This document shows, in pieces, positions 44,790 to 57,279 of a DNA stretch of 64,000 nt. Each line of letters starts with the position of its first letter. Position 1 is the first letter of the stretch. Source of the stretch: Struthio camelus (taxonomy: Eukaryota); the NCBI RefSeq assembly GCF_040807025.1, contig NC_090973.1, positions 853,853 to 917,852 of the forward strand, read 5' to 3'. The notes beneath the pieces are model-generated. The model was not told where the DNA came from and did not search any database. It saw only the letters and a list, made by a program, of their open reading frames with translations. Position numbers and translations under genes: made by a program.

Positions 44790-46200
44790 CGGCACGCGGC
44801 GACACGCGACGACACGCGGCGACACGCGACGACACGCGACGACACGCGGCGGCGGCTCCCGGCGCCGCGGGGAGCCTGGGGGGGCCCCACGGGGACTCCC
44901 CGGGGTGCGGGAGGGGGCGACACGCAGTAACATGTGATAACATGTGATTACATGTGATAACATGTGATGACATGTGACGCCTGCGGTGGCTCCTGGTGGC
45001 ACGGGGAGTGTCAGGGGGGGCCCTGGGGTGACACGGGGACTCCTCGGGGTGCGGGAGGGGGCGACATGCAATAACATGTGATAACATGTGATAACATGTG
45101 ATAACATGTGACGCCAGCGGTGGCTCCTGGTGCCGCAGGGAGCGTTGGGGGGTCCCTGGGGTGACACGGGAAGGTCCCAGGGTGCGGGAGAGGGTGACAC
45201 GTGATAACATGTGATAACATGCGATAACATGTGATAACATGTGACGCCTGTGGTGGCTCCTGGTGCCGCAGGGAGCGTTGGGGGGGGGCCCGGGGTGACA
45301 CGGGAAGGTCCCAGGGTGCGGGAGGGGGTGACACGTGATAACATGTGATAACATGCGATAACATGTGATAACATGTGATAACATGTGACGCCTGTGGTGG
45401 CTCCTGGTGCCGCGGGGAGCGTTGGGGGGGGCCCTGGGACAACACAGGGACTCCCCGGAGTGTGGGAGGGGGCGACATGCAATAACATGCTATAACATGC
45501 GATAACATGTGATAACATGTGATAACATGTGACGCCTGTGGTGGCTCCTGGTACTGTGGGGAGCGTTGGGGGGGGGCCCGGGGTGACACGGGGACTCCCC
45601 GGGGTGCGGGAGGGGGCGACATGCAATAACATGCTATAACATGCGATAACATGTGATAACATGTGATAACGTGACGCCTGTGGTGGCTCCTGGTGCCGCG
45701 GGGAGCGTTGGGGGGGGGCCCGGGGTGACACGGGGACTCCCCGGGGTGCGGGAGGGGGCGACACGCAATAACATGCTATAACATGCGATAACATGTGATA
45801 ACATGTGACACCTGTGGTGGCTCCTGGTACTGTGGGGAACGTCGGGGGGGGCCCTGGGACAACACAGGGACTCCCCGGGGTGCGGGAGGGGGTGACATGC
45901 AATAACATGCTATAACATGTGATAACATGCGATAACATGTGATAACATGTGATAACATGTGACACCTGTGGTGGCTTCTGGTACTGTGGGGAGCGTTGGG
46001 GGGGGGCCCGGGGTGACACGGGGACTCCCCGGGGTGCGGGAGGGGGCGACACGCAATAACATGCTATAACATGCGATAACATGTGATAACATGTGACGCC
46101 AGCGGTGGCTCCTGGTGCCACGGGGAGGGTCGGGGGGGTCCCCAGGGCAACACGGGGGGCCAAGGGGGGGGTGACAGGTGCCGACACGCGGCAACACGCG
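44790..46200. repeat. ~135-bp higher-order repeat, about 9 copies, each containing a (GATAACATGT)3-6 microsatellite. Preceded by (GACACGCGAC)n at 44800-44850
   Basis: RUSF1 last intron. Dense TGATAA (WGATAR) motifs. Confidence 0.88.
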
Positions 46201-46240
46201 CTGACACGGGATAACACGCGCCGACACGCGTGACGCTTAC

Positions 46241-46318
46241 CCTCGAGGAAGGCGGGGCCCAGCGTGGCCCACACGCGGGAAGTGGTGGCGATGGCGGCCC
46301 ACGGCACCGTCCCGGGCG
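46241..46318 (-). CDS. RUSF1: RUSF1 exon: (P)PGTVPWAAIATTSRVWATLGPAFLE+g
   Basis: Matches PKKESWVVVKETHEVLDMLFPKFLKG. Acceptor cccccccgccctgcag, donor GTAAGC. Confidence 0.75.
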
Positions 46319-46339
46319 CTGCAGGGCGGGGGGGGGGGG

Positions 46340-48400
46340 AAAGGGTCACGGCACTGCCCTGGGGGGCCTCGAAACCACCCCCGGGGGCTGGGGGGAGCCT
46401 CAAAACCGCCCCTAAGGCACCCGAAACTGCCCCCGAGGGCCTTGAAACCGCCACTAAGGGACCCAAAACCACCCCAGGGCACCTCGAAACAACCCCAAGG
46501 GACCTGAAACCACCCCAGGGAGACTCGAAACTGTCCTGGTATGGTGGGGTGGGCCTCAAAACTGCTTCTAAGGGACCGGAAACTGCCTCAGGGAGCCTTG
46601 AAACCGCCACTAAGGGACCCAAAACCACCCCAGGGGGCCTTGAAACAATCCCAGAGGACTCAAAACCACTCCGAGGGGGACTCGAAACTGCCCTGGTGCA
46701 GTGGGGTGGGCCTCAAAACCGCCCCTAAGGGACCCAAAACTGCCTCAGGGAGCCTTGAAACCGCCACTAAGGAACCCAAAACCACCCCAGGGAGCCTCGA
46801 AACAATCTCAAAGGACCCGAAACTGCCCCGGGGAACCCTGAAACTGTCCGTAGGAGAGCTTGAAACTGTCCTGAAGATCCCCAAATCGCCCCGGGGGACC
46901 CAAAGGGACCCAAAATTGCCCCAAGCGGACGCAAATTGTCCCAGGGACCCCAAACCGCCCCACGGGGACCCCAAAGGGCCCCGGGGGACTCAAAACAACC
47001 CCAAATTGCCCCCAAATGGACCCAAGCCATCCCAAAGTGCCCCAGAGGGACCCCAAAAGGACCCAAAACTGCCCCAAATGGACCCAAACGGCCCCAGGGA
47101 CCCCCAACTGCCCCAAAAGGACCCCAAATTGCCCCAAATGAACCCAAACCGCCCCAGGGACCCCAAAGGGCCCCAGGGGGACCCAAAACAACCCCAAATT
47201 GCCCCCAATGGACCCAATTCATCCCAAAGACCCCAAACTGCCCCACGGGGACCCCAAAGGGCCCCAGGGAGACCCAAAAGGACCCCAAATTGCCCCAAAT
47301 GGACCCAAAGGGCCCCAGGGACCCCAAACTGCCCCAAGGGGACCCCAAACGGCCCCAGGAAGACCCAAAAGGACCCCAAATTGCCCCAAATGGACCCAAA
47401 GGGCCCCAGGGACCCCAAACTGCCCCAAGGGGACCCCAAACAGCCCCAGGAAGACCCAAAAGGACCCCAAATTGCCCCAAATGGACCCAAAGGGCCCCAG
47501 GGACCCCAAACCACCCCAAAAGGACCCCAAATTGCCCCAAATGGACCCAAAGGGCCCCAGGGACCCCAAACTGCCCCAAAAGGACCCCAAATTGCCCCAA
47601 AGGGACCCAAAGGGCCCCAGGGACCCCAAACCACCCCAAAAGGACCCCAAATTGCCCCCAATGGACCCAAAGGGCCCCAGGGACCCCAAACCGCCCCAAA
47701 AGGACCCCAAATTGCCCCAAAGGGACCCAAAGGGCCCCAGGGACCCCAAACCACCCCAAAAGGACCCCAAATTGCCCCAAATGGACCCAAAGGGCCCCAG
47801 GGACCCCAAACCACCCCAAAAGGACCCCAAATTGCCCCCAATGGACCCAAATGGCCCCAGGGACCCCAAACCGCCCCAAAAGGACCCCAAATTGCCCCAA
47901 ATGGACCCAAAGGGCCCCAGGGACCCCAAACCGCCCCAAAAGGACCCCAAATTGCCCCAAAGGGACCCAAAGGGCCCCAGGGACCCCAAACCACCCCAAA
48001 AGGACCCCAAATTGCCCCCAATGGACCCAAAGGGCCCCAGGGACCCCAAACCGCCCCAAAAGGACCCCAAATTGTCCCAAATGGACCCAAACAGCCCCAG
48101 GGACCCCAAACTGCCCCAAGGGGACTCCAAACAGCCCCAGAAAGACCCAAAAGGACCCCAAATTGCCCCAAATGGACCCAAAGGGCCCCAGGGACCCCAA
48201 ACCACCCCAAAAGGACCCCAAATTGCCCCAAAAGGACCCAAAGGGCCCCAGGGACCCCAAACCACCCCAAAAGGACCCCAAATTGCCCCCAATGGACCCA
48301 AAGGGCCCCAGGGACCCCAAACCGCCCCAAAAGGACCCCAAATTGCCCCAAAGGGACCCAAGCGGCCCCGGGGGGGCCCCGAAGGGCCCCGGGGGGAGCC
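46340..48400. repeat. ~60-bp C/A-rich repeat (AAAGGACCCCAAATTGCCCCAAATGGACCCAAAGGGCCCCAGGGACCCCAAACCGCCCC), about 34 copies
   Basis: RUSF1 intron. Confidence 0.9.
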
Positions 48401-48417
48401 CGAAGGGCGGCACTCAC

Positions 48418-48579
48418 GGCAGCGGCGCAGGGCGGGCTGCAGCGGGCGCAGGGCGGCCCCGGCGGGGGCCCCCGGCGGCAGGTCGGGGCCCAGCAGCTCC
48501 TCGAGCAGCAGGGCCTGGGCGCAGGCGCGCAGCGGGGCGTCGGGGGGGGCGCCGCGCCGCAGGCCCACCCCCAGCCAGC
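48418..48579 (-). CDS. RUSF1: RUSF1 exon: (G)WLGVGLRRGAPPDAPLRACAQALLLEELLGPDLPPGAPAGAALRPLQPALRRC+c
   Basis: Matches VQVVLNQKAGPKTILRAATHGLMLGALQGDGPLPAELEELRNRVRAG. Acceptor ctccccccgcag, donor GTGAGTG. Confidence 0.7.
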
Positions 48580-48589
48580 CTGCGGGGGG

Positions 48590-49680
48590 AGTGGGGGGGA
48601 GCCGGACGCCTGGGCCCCCTCGGCTCCGACGCCTGGGGGGGTCTTTTACCCCGGACGCCCGGGCCCCTCCCGGACGCCTGGGCCCCTCCCCCGGACGCCT
48701 GGGCCCCCTCGGCTCCGACGCCTGGGGGGTCTTTTACCCCGGACGCCCGGGCCCCTCCCGGACGCCTGGGCCTCTCCCCCGGACGCCTGGGCCCTCTCGG
48801 TTCTGATGCCTGGGGGGGGTCTTTTACCCCGGACGCCTGGGCCCCTCCTGGATGCCTGGGTCCCTCCCCCGGACGCCTGGGCCCCCTCGGCTCTGACGCC
48901 TGGGGGGGTCTTTTACCCCGGACGCCTGGGCCCCCTCGGCTCCGACGCCCTGCACACCCTCCCGCCCGGACGCCTGGGCCCCCTCGGCTCCGACACCCGG
49001 GGGGTCTTTTACCCTGGACGCCTGGGCCCCTCCTGGATGCCTGGGTCCCTCCCCCGGACGCCTGGGCCCCCTAAACCGCCCGGACGCCTGGGCCCCCTCG
49101 GCTCCGACACCCGGGGGGTCTTTTACCCTGGACGCCTGGGCCCCTCCTGGATGCCTGGGTCCCTCCCCCGGACGCCTGGGCCCCCTAAACCGCCCGGACG
49201 CCTGGGCCCCCTCGGCTCCGACACCCGGGGGGTCTTTTACCCCGGACGCCTGGGCCCCTCCTGGATACCTGGGTCCCTCCCCCGGACGCCTGGGCCCCCT
49301 AAACCACCCGGACGCCTGGGACCCCTCGGCTCCGACACCCGGGGGGTCTTTTACCCCGGACGCCTGGGCCCCTCCTGGATACCTGGGTCCCTCCCCCGGA
49401 CGCCTGGGCCCCCTAAACCACCCGGACGCCTGGGCCCCCTCAGCTCCGATGCCCTGTACACCCTCCCACCCGGACGCCTGGGCCCCCTCGGCTCTGACAC
49501 CCGGGGGGTCTTTTACCCCGGACGCCTGGGCCCCTCCTGGATGCCTCGGCCCTCCCGGACGCCTGGGCCCCCTCAGCTCCGACGCCCAGGGCACCCTCAG
49601 TCCGGACACCTGGGTCCCTTCCCGGACGCCTGGGTTCCTCCCCCGGACACCTGGGCCCCTCCCCGGACGCCTGGGCCCCT
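48590..49680. repeat. ~120-bp units combining CCGGACGCCTGGGCCCC and GGGGGGTCTTTTACC
   Basis: RUSF1 intron. Confidence 0.82.
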
Positions 49681-49682
49681 AC

Positions 49683-49753
49683 CTTCGGCGGGGCGGAGCA
49701 CGATGATGTAATCCTCGGTGCCGCTCTCCACGGCTTTCCTGAACTCGGCCTCA
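49683..49753 (-). CDS. RUSF1: RUSF1 exon: (D)EAEFRKAVESGTEDYIIVLRPAE+g
   Basis: Matches VFELQQLVEGHQESYLLCWDQSQ. Acceptor cccctccctcgcag, donor GTAGGGG. An AT-rich unique island inside satellite. Confidence 0.7.
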
Positions 49754-49789
49754 CTGCGAGGGAGGGGCATGAGCAGCGCCCGGACGCCT

Positions 49790-51070
49790 GGGCCCCTCCC
49801 AGACACCTGGGCCCCTCCCAGACTCCTGGGCCCTTCCCCAGACACCTGGGCCCCTCCCAGACACCTGGGCCCCTCCCGGACGCCTAGGCCCCTCCAGGAC
49901 ACCTGGGCCCTTCCAGGACTCCTGGGTCCCTCCCAGAACACCTGGGCCCCTTCCCGGACACCTGGGCCCCTCCCCGGACACCTGGGTCCCTCCCGGACAC
50001 CTGGGCCCCTCCTGGACGCCTGGGCCCCCCCGGACACCTGGGCCCCTCCCCGGACACCTGGGCCCCTTCCCGGACCCCTGGGCCCCTCCCGGACGCCTGG
50101 GCCCCTCCCAGACGCCTGGGTCCATCCCGGACACCTGGGCCCCTCCAGGACGCCTGGGTCCCTCCCGGACACCTGGGTCCCTCTCGGACGCCTGGGCCCC
50201 TCCCGGACACCTGGGCCCTTCCCTGGGTCCCTCCCTGGACGCCTGGGTCCTTGCCAGGACGTCTGGGCCCCTCCCGGACGCCTGGGCCCCTCCAGGACAC
50301 CTGGGCCCCTCCCCCGGACTCCTGGGCCCCTCCCAGACACCTGGGTCCCTCTAGGACACCTGGGCCCTTCCCTGGACGCCTGGGCCCCTCCCCGGACACC
50401 TGGGCCCCTTCCCGGACCCCTGGGCCCCTCCCGGACGCCTGGGCCCCTCCCAGACGCCTGGGTCCATCCCGGACACCTGGGTCCCTCCCGGACGCCTGGG
50501 CCCCTCCCGGACACCTGGGTCCCTCTCGGACACCTGGGCCCCTCCCGGACACCTGGGCCCTCCTGGACGCCTGGGTCCCTCCCGGACACCTGGGTCCCTC
50601 CCGGACGCCTGGGCCCCTCCCAGACGCCTGGGTCCATCCCGGACACCTGGGTCCCTCCCGGACGCCTGGGTCCCTCCCGGACACCTGGGTCCCTCTCGGA
50701 CACCTGGGCCCCTCCCGGACACCTGGGCCCTCCTGGACGCCTGGGTCCCTCCCGGACACCTGGGTCCCTCCTGGACGCCTGGGTCCCTCCTGGACACCTG
50801 GGCCCCTCCCGGACACCTGGGTCCCTCCCGGACACCTGGGCCCTCCTGGACGCCTGGGTCCCTCCCAGAAGCCTGGGTCCCTCCCGGACTCCTGGGCCCC
50901 TCCTCGGACGCCTGGGCCCTTCCCCGGACGTCTGGGCCCCTCCCGGACGCCTGGGCCCCTCCCCGGACACCTGGGCCCTCCCGGACACCTGGGCCCCTCC
51001 CGGACACCTGGGCCCTCCCCGGACACCTGGGCCCCCCCCGGACGCCTGGGCCCCCCCCGGACGCCTGGGC
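49790..51070. repeat. 20-bp satellite (CCCGGACACCTGGGCCCCTC)n, the same family as 20930-23240
   Basis: RUSF1 intron. Confidence 0.92.
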
Positions 51071-51081
51071 CCCTCACTCAC

Positions 51082-51139
51082 TCCTTGACCAGGCGGTGCA
51101 GGGGGGCGCCGAGCTCGAGGCGGAGGCGGGTGCTGTAAC
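51082..51139 (-). CDS. RUSF1: RUSF1 exon: (G)YSTRLRLELGAPLHRLVK+ga
   Basis: Matches FWPAPSLSLGVPLHRLVSS. Acceptor gggtcccccgcag, donor GTGAGTGAGG. Confidence 0.7.
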
Positions 51140-51149
51140 CTGCGGGGGA

Positions 51150-53880
51150 CCCGGGAGAGCACGGCTGAACACGGGGCGACACGCGACAGCGTGGCGTCAC
51201 ACGCAGCAACGCGCAGCAACACCCCCAAACCCCCCAACACCCCCAACACACTCCCCACACACCCCGAACCCCCCAACAGCCCCCAACACCAACACCCCCA
51301 ACACAGCCCTAACACCCCGCAACACCCCAACGCACCGCCCCCCCCACACCCCAACACACACCCCAACACCCCCCCACACAACTCCAACACCCCCAAACCC
51401 CCCAACACCCCCCAACACCCCCAACACACTCCCCACACACCCCGAACCCCCCAACACCCAACACCAACACCCCCAACACAGCCCTAACACCCCGCAACAC
51501 CCCAACACACCGCCCCCCCACACACCCCAACACACACCCCAACACCCCCCCACACAACTCCAACACCCCCAAACACCCCAACACCCAACACACACCCGCA
51601 CACACTCCCCAACACCCTCCCACACCCAACAACCCCAACACCCCCTACGCACCCCAACACCTCAACACGCCCAAACACCCCCAACACCCCCTACAGCCAA
51701 CACCAACGCTCAACACCCCCACACACCCCCACACACCCCAACACACACCCCAACACCCCCAACCACCCCCCAACATGCCCCAACACCTCCCAACACCCCC
51801 CAAACCGCCCCCCACACACAACTCGCCCCCCCACACCTCGCAACACCCCCGACACCCAACACGCCCCAACACCCCCGACATACCCCAACACCCACGCCAG
51901 CACACCCCAACACCCCCAACACGCCCCCAACACCCCCCCACATGCCCCCACACACCAACACCAACACCCCCAACATCCAACATACCCCGAACACACCCAA
52001 CACACCCCCAGCTCCCAACACCCCCCACACCCCCAACACCCCAACACACCCCTACACCTCCAATACACACCCCAACACCCCCCCACACCCCAACACCCAC
52101 GCCAACACATTCCAACACCCCCCAACCCCCCCACACACCCCAACACACACTCCAACATGCCCCAACACCCACCACACGCCCCCAACACCCCTCAACAACC
52201 CCAACACCCCCAACACCGCCCCCGCACACTCCTCCCACACCCAACACCAACCCCAACACCCCCCACACCCCAACACACAACCCCCCAACACCCCCCAACA
52301 ACTCCAACACCCCCGACACACACCCCCACACCCCCCAACACCAACCCCAACACCCCCACACACCCCAACACACACACACCCAACACACACCCCAACATGC
52401 CCCAACACCCTCCACGCCCCCAACCCCCCAACACACCCCCAACAACCCCAACACCCCTGACACCCTCCCACACACACTCAACACCAACACCCCCACACAC
52501 CCTAACACACATCCACTCCAACACCCCAACACCCCCCAACACCCACCCGCACACCCAACACCCCCAATACACCCCAACACCCACCCCAACACCCAACACC
52601 CCCAATAAACCCCAAACCCCCAATACACCCAATACACCCACCCCAACACCCCTCAACACCCCCAACACACCAACACCCCTCAACACCCCCAATACACACC
52701 CCAACACCCCCGACACCCCCAACACCCCCCCACCCAACACCCACCCCAACACCCCCAACACCCCAATGCACCCCGAACACCCCCACCCAACACCCACCCC
52801 AACACCCCCAATAAACCCCAAACCCCAATACACCCAATACACCCACCCCAATACCCCCAACACACTCCCAACACCCCTCAACACCCCCAATACACACCCC
52901 AACACCCCCAACAGCCCCCAACACCCCCCACCCAACACCCACCCCAACACCCCCAATAAACCCCAAACCCCCAATACACCCAATACACCCACCCCAATAC
53001 CCCCAACACACTCCCAACACCCCTCAACACCCCCAATACACACCCCAACACCCCCAACAGCCCCCAACACCCCCCACCCAACACCCACCCCAACACCCCC
53101 AATACACCCCAACACCCACCCGAACACCCCTCAACACCCCCAATACACCCCCAACCGCCGCAATACACCCACCCCAACACCCCCAACACACCCCCAACAG
53201 CCCTCAACACCCCCAATACACACCCCAACACCCCCGACACCCCCAACACCCCCCCACCCAACACCCACCCCAACACCCCCCAACACCCCAACACCAATCT
53301 GAACACCCCGCAACCCCCGCAATACACCCACCCCAACACCCCCAACACCCCCCAACACCCAACACCCCCAATACACACCCCAACACCCCCGACACCCCCA
53401 ACACCCCCCCACCCAACACCCACCCCAACACCCCCAATACACCCCAACACCAATCTGAACACCCCCCAACCCCCGCAATACACCCGCCCCAACACCCCCA
53501 ACACCCCCCAACACCCCCAACACACCCCCAACACCCCTCAACACCCCCAATACACCCCCCAACACCCCCGACACCCCCCAACACCCCCCCACCCAACACC
53601 CACCCCAACACCCCCAATAAACCCCAAACCCCCAATACACCCAATACACCCACCCCAATACCCCCAACACACTCCCAACACCCCTCAACACCCCCAATAC
53701 ACACCCCAACACCCCCGACACCCCCAACACCCCCCCACCCAACACCCACCCCAACACCCCAATACACCCCAACACCAATCTGAACACCCCCCAACACCCC
53801 CAACACCCCCAACACCCCCAACACACCCCCCGACACCCCCGACACCCCCCGAACACACCCCCAACACCCCCCGACCCCCG
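51150..53880. repeat. 2.7-kb C/A-rich simple repeat (CCCCAACAC / CCCAATACA)
   Basis: RUSF1 intron. Confidence 0.88.
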
Positions 53881-53895
53881 CGCGCGGGCGCTCAC

Positions 53896-54104
53896 CGGGC
53901 AGCCGGGGCTCGCGGGGGTTGACGGCGGCGGGGCCGGGGGGCCGGGGGGGGCCGGCGGGGGGCCGGGGGGGGCGGCGCAGGGCGGCCGCCAGCGCCAGCC
54001 GCAGCCGGGGCCGGTTGAGGGAGTCGAGGCGCAGGGCGCCCACCGCCGCCACGTTGGCCCCCACGTGGGCCCCCACCAGGGCGGCCGCCGCCGCCCCCGT
54101 CGCC
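53896..54104 (-). CDS. RUSF1: RUSF1 exon: (W)[69 protein letters not shown]+g
   Basis: Gap-free alignment to GFSLGCFFFLTALHIYANYRAVRALVMETLNEGRLRLVLKHYLQRG...AANRMEPLWTG. Acceptor ggggcgcag, donor GTGAGCG. Confidence 0.7.
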
Positions 54105-54179
54105 CTGCGCCCCGCCCCCGTCAGCGCGGCCACGCCCCCCCCCGGGGCGAGGCCACGCCCCCCCCAGCGCCCCCCCCCA

Positions 54180-54960
54180 TCGCCTACCTCCCCCCCAGGT
54201 GGGCCCTGCAGCCAGAGCGGCTCCCTCCCCTGGAAGCCACGCCCCCTTCCCTGGAAGCCACGCCCCTTCCCCTGAAAGCCACGCCCCTTCCCCTGAAAGC
54301 CACGCCCCTCCCTGGAAGCCACACCCCCTTCCCTGGAAGCCACGCCCCCTCCCCTGGAAGCCACGCCCCTTCCCCGGAAGCCACGCCCCCTCCCCGGAAG
54401 CCACGCCCCCTTCCACTGGAAGCCACGCCCCCTGGAAAGCTCTGCTCCCTTCCCTGGAAGCCCCGCCCACCTCCCTGGAAGCCACGCCCACCTCCCTGGA
54501 AGCCATGCCCCCTCCCTGGAAGTCATGCCCCCTCCCTGGAAGCCACGCCCCCTTCCCTGGAAGCCACGCCCCTTCCCCTGAAGCCACGCCCCCTTCCCTG
54601 GAAGCCACACCCCCTTCCCTGGAAGCCACGCCCCTCCCTGTAAGCCATGCCCCCTCCCTGGAAGCCCCGCCCCCTCCCTGGAAGCCCCGCCCACCTCCCT
54701 GGAAGCCACGCCCCCTGGAAGCCACGCCCCCATCCCTGGAAGCCACGCCCCTCCCTGTAAGCCATGTCCCCTCCCTGGAAGCCCCGCCCACCTCCCTGGA
54801 AGCCCCGCCCACCTCCCTGGAAGCCACGCCCCCTGGAAGCCACGCCCCCATCTCTGGAAGCCCCGCCCACCTCCCTGGAAGCCACGCCCCCTCCCTGGAA
54901 GCCCCGCCCCTTCCTCCCAAAGCCCCGCCCCTTCCATGAAAGCCCTGCCCGTTATTAAGC
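54180..54960. repeat. 21-bp (CCCTGGAAGCCACGCCCCTTC)n, about 37 copies
   Basis: RUSF1 intron. Confidence 0.88.
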
Positions 54961-55070
54961 CCCGCCCCCTTCCCCACAAGCACCCGGGAAGCCCTTGCGC
55001 CCCACCTCTCCCGAAGCCCCGCCCCCCGGGGGCAGGCCCCGCCCCCTCCCCAGCATGCCCCGGGGCTCAC

Positions 55071-55141
55071 CAGGGCCGCCCGTCCAGCAGGGGCAGCAGC
55101 AGCAGCCCCAGCAGCAGCCCCAGGGCGTTCACCACCGTCTC
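55071..55141 (-). CDS. RUSF1: RUSF1 exon: ETVVNALGLLLGLLLLPLLDGRP+tg
   Basis: Matches ETLVNLAGLLVSLLMLPLVSGCP. Acceptor ctgggggcag, donor GTGAGC. Confidence 0.75.
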
Positions 55142-55144
55142 CTG

Positions 55145-57130
55145 CCCCCAGTTACCCACCAGTTACCCCCCAGTTACCTCCCAGCACCCCCCAGCTACCT
55201 CCCAGTCACCCCCAGCACCCCCAGCTACCTCCCAGTCACCCCCAGTGCCCACCAGTTACCTCCCAGTCACCCCAGCACCCCCAGCTACCTCCCAGTCACC
55301 CCCAGTGCCCACCAGTTACCTCCCAGTCACCCCCAGTTACCCACCAGTCACACCCAGCACCCACCAGCTACCTCCCAGTCACCCCCAGTGCCCACCAGTT
55401 ACCTCCCAGTCACCCCCAGTTACCCACCAGTCACACCCAGCACCCACCAGCTACCTCCCAGTCACCCCCAGCTACCTACCAGTCACCCCCAGTTACCCAC
55501 CAGTCACACCCAGCACCCCCCAGCTACCTCCCAGTCACCCCCAGCACCCCCCAGCTACCTCCTAGTCGCCCCCAGTTACCCACCAGTCACCCCCAGCACC
55601 CCCCAGCTACCTCCCAGTCACCCCCAGCTACCTCCCAGTCACCCCCACTGCCCACCAGTTACCTCCCAGTCACCCCCAGTTACCCACCAGTCACCCCCAG
55701 CACCCCCAGCTACCTCCCAGTCACCCCCAGTGCCCACCAGTTACCTCCCAGTCACCCCGTTACCCACCAGTCACACCCAGCACCCACCAGCTACCTCCCA
55801 GTCACCCCCAGCTACCTACCAGTCACCCCCAGTTACCCACCAGTCACACCCAGCACCCCCCAGCTACCTCCCAGTCACCCCCAGCACCCCCCAGCTACCT
55901 CCTAGTCGCCCCCAGTTACCCACCAGTCACCCCCAGCACCCCCCAGCTACCTCCCAGTCACCCCCAGCTACCTCCCAGTCACCCCCACTGCCCACCAGTT
56001 ACCTCCCAGTCACCCCCAGTTACCCACCAGTCACCCCCAGCACCCCCAGCTACCTCCCAGTCACCCCCAGTGCCCACCAGTTACCTCCCAGTCACCCCGT
56101 TACCCACCAGTCACACCCAGCACCCACCAGCTACCTCCCAGTCACCCCCAGCTACCTACCAGTCACCCCCAGTTACCCACCAGTCACACCCAGCACCCCC
56201 CAGCTACCTCCCAGTCACCCCCAGCACCCCCCAGCTACCTCCTAGTCGCCCCGTTACCCACCAGTCACCCCCAGCACCCCCCAGCTACCTCCCAGTCACC
56301 CCCAGCTACCTCCCAGTCACCCCCACTGCCCACCAGTTACCTCCCAGTCACCCCCAGTTACCCACCAGTCACCCCCAGTACCCACCAGCTACCTCCCACT
56401 CACCCCCAGTTACCCACCAGTTACCCCAGCACCCCCAGTTACCTCCCTGTTACCTCCCAGTCACCCCCAGTGCCCATCAGTTACCTCCCAATCACCCCCA
56501 GTTACCCACCAGTCACCCCCAGTGCCCACCAGTTACCTCCCAGTCACCCCCAGTTACCCACCAGTCACCCCCAGTACCCAACAGTTACCTCCCAGTCCCC
56601 TCCCAGCTATCCCCCAGCCCCTCCCAGTCCCTCCCAGTCCCTCCCAGTCCCCTCCCAGTGCTCACCAGCCCCTCCCAGTTCCTCTCAGCTATCCCCCAGC
56701 ACCTCCCAGTCCCTCCCAGTCCCTCCCAGCTATGCCCCAGCCCCTCCCAGTCCCCTCCCAGCTATCCCCCAGCCCCTCCCAGTCCCTCCCAGTCCCCTCC
56801 CAGCTATCCCCCAGTCCCTCCCAGCCCCTCCCCGCTATCTCCCAGCCCCTCCCAGTCCCTCCCAGCTATCCCCCAGCCCCTCCCAGTCCCTCCCAGTCCC
56901 TCCCAGCTGTCCCCCAGCCCCTCCCAGTCCCTCCCAGTCCCCTCCCAGCTATCCCCCAGCCCCTCCCAGTGCTCCCCAGCCCCTCCCAGTCCCCTCCCAG
57001 CTATCCCCCAGCCCCTCCCAGTGCTCCCAGTCCCTCCCAGTCCCCTCCCAGTGCCCCCAGCCCCTCCCAGTCCCCTCCCAGCTATCCCCCAGCCCCTCCC
57101 AGCTATCCCCCAGTCCCTCCCAGTCCCCTC
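55145..57130. repeat. CCCAGTTACCTCCCAGTCACCC family, then CCCCTCCCAGTCCCTCCCAGCT
   Basis: RUSF1 intron. Confidence 0.85.
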
Positions 57131-57152
57131 CCAGTGCCCCCCAGCGCCCCAC

Positions 57153-57254
57153 CTGGCTGGCGTCCTTGGCGGCCACGTCGGCCACGTTGTCCCGCCGCGC
57201 CTGGTGCACGGCCAGCGCCGCCCGCGTGGCCCCGCCCGCCACTCCCACGATGCA
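57153..57254 (-). CDS. RUSF1: RUSF1 exon: CIVGVAGGATRAALAVHQARRDNVADVAAKDASQ
   Basis: Near-identical to human CIVSVAGGATRAALTVHQARRNNMADVSAKDSSQ. Acceptor cccgccgccgcag, donor GTGGGG. Confidence 0.85.
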
Positions 57255-57279
57255 CTGCGGCGGCGGGGGGGGGGTCACC

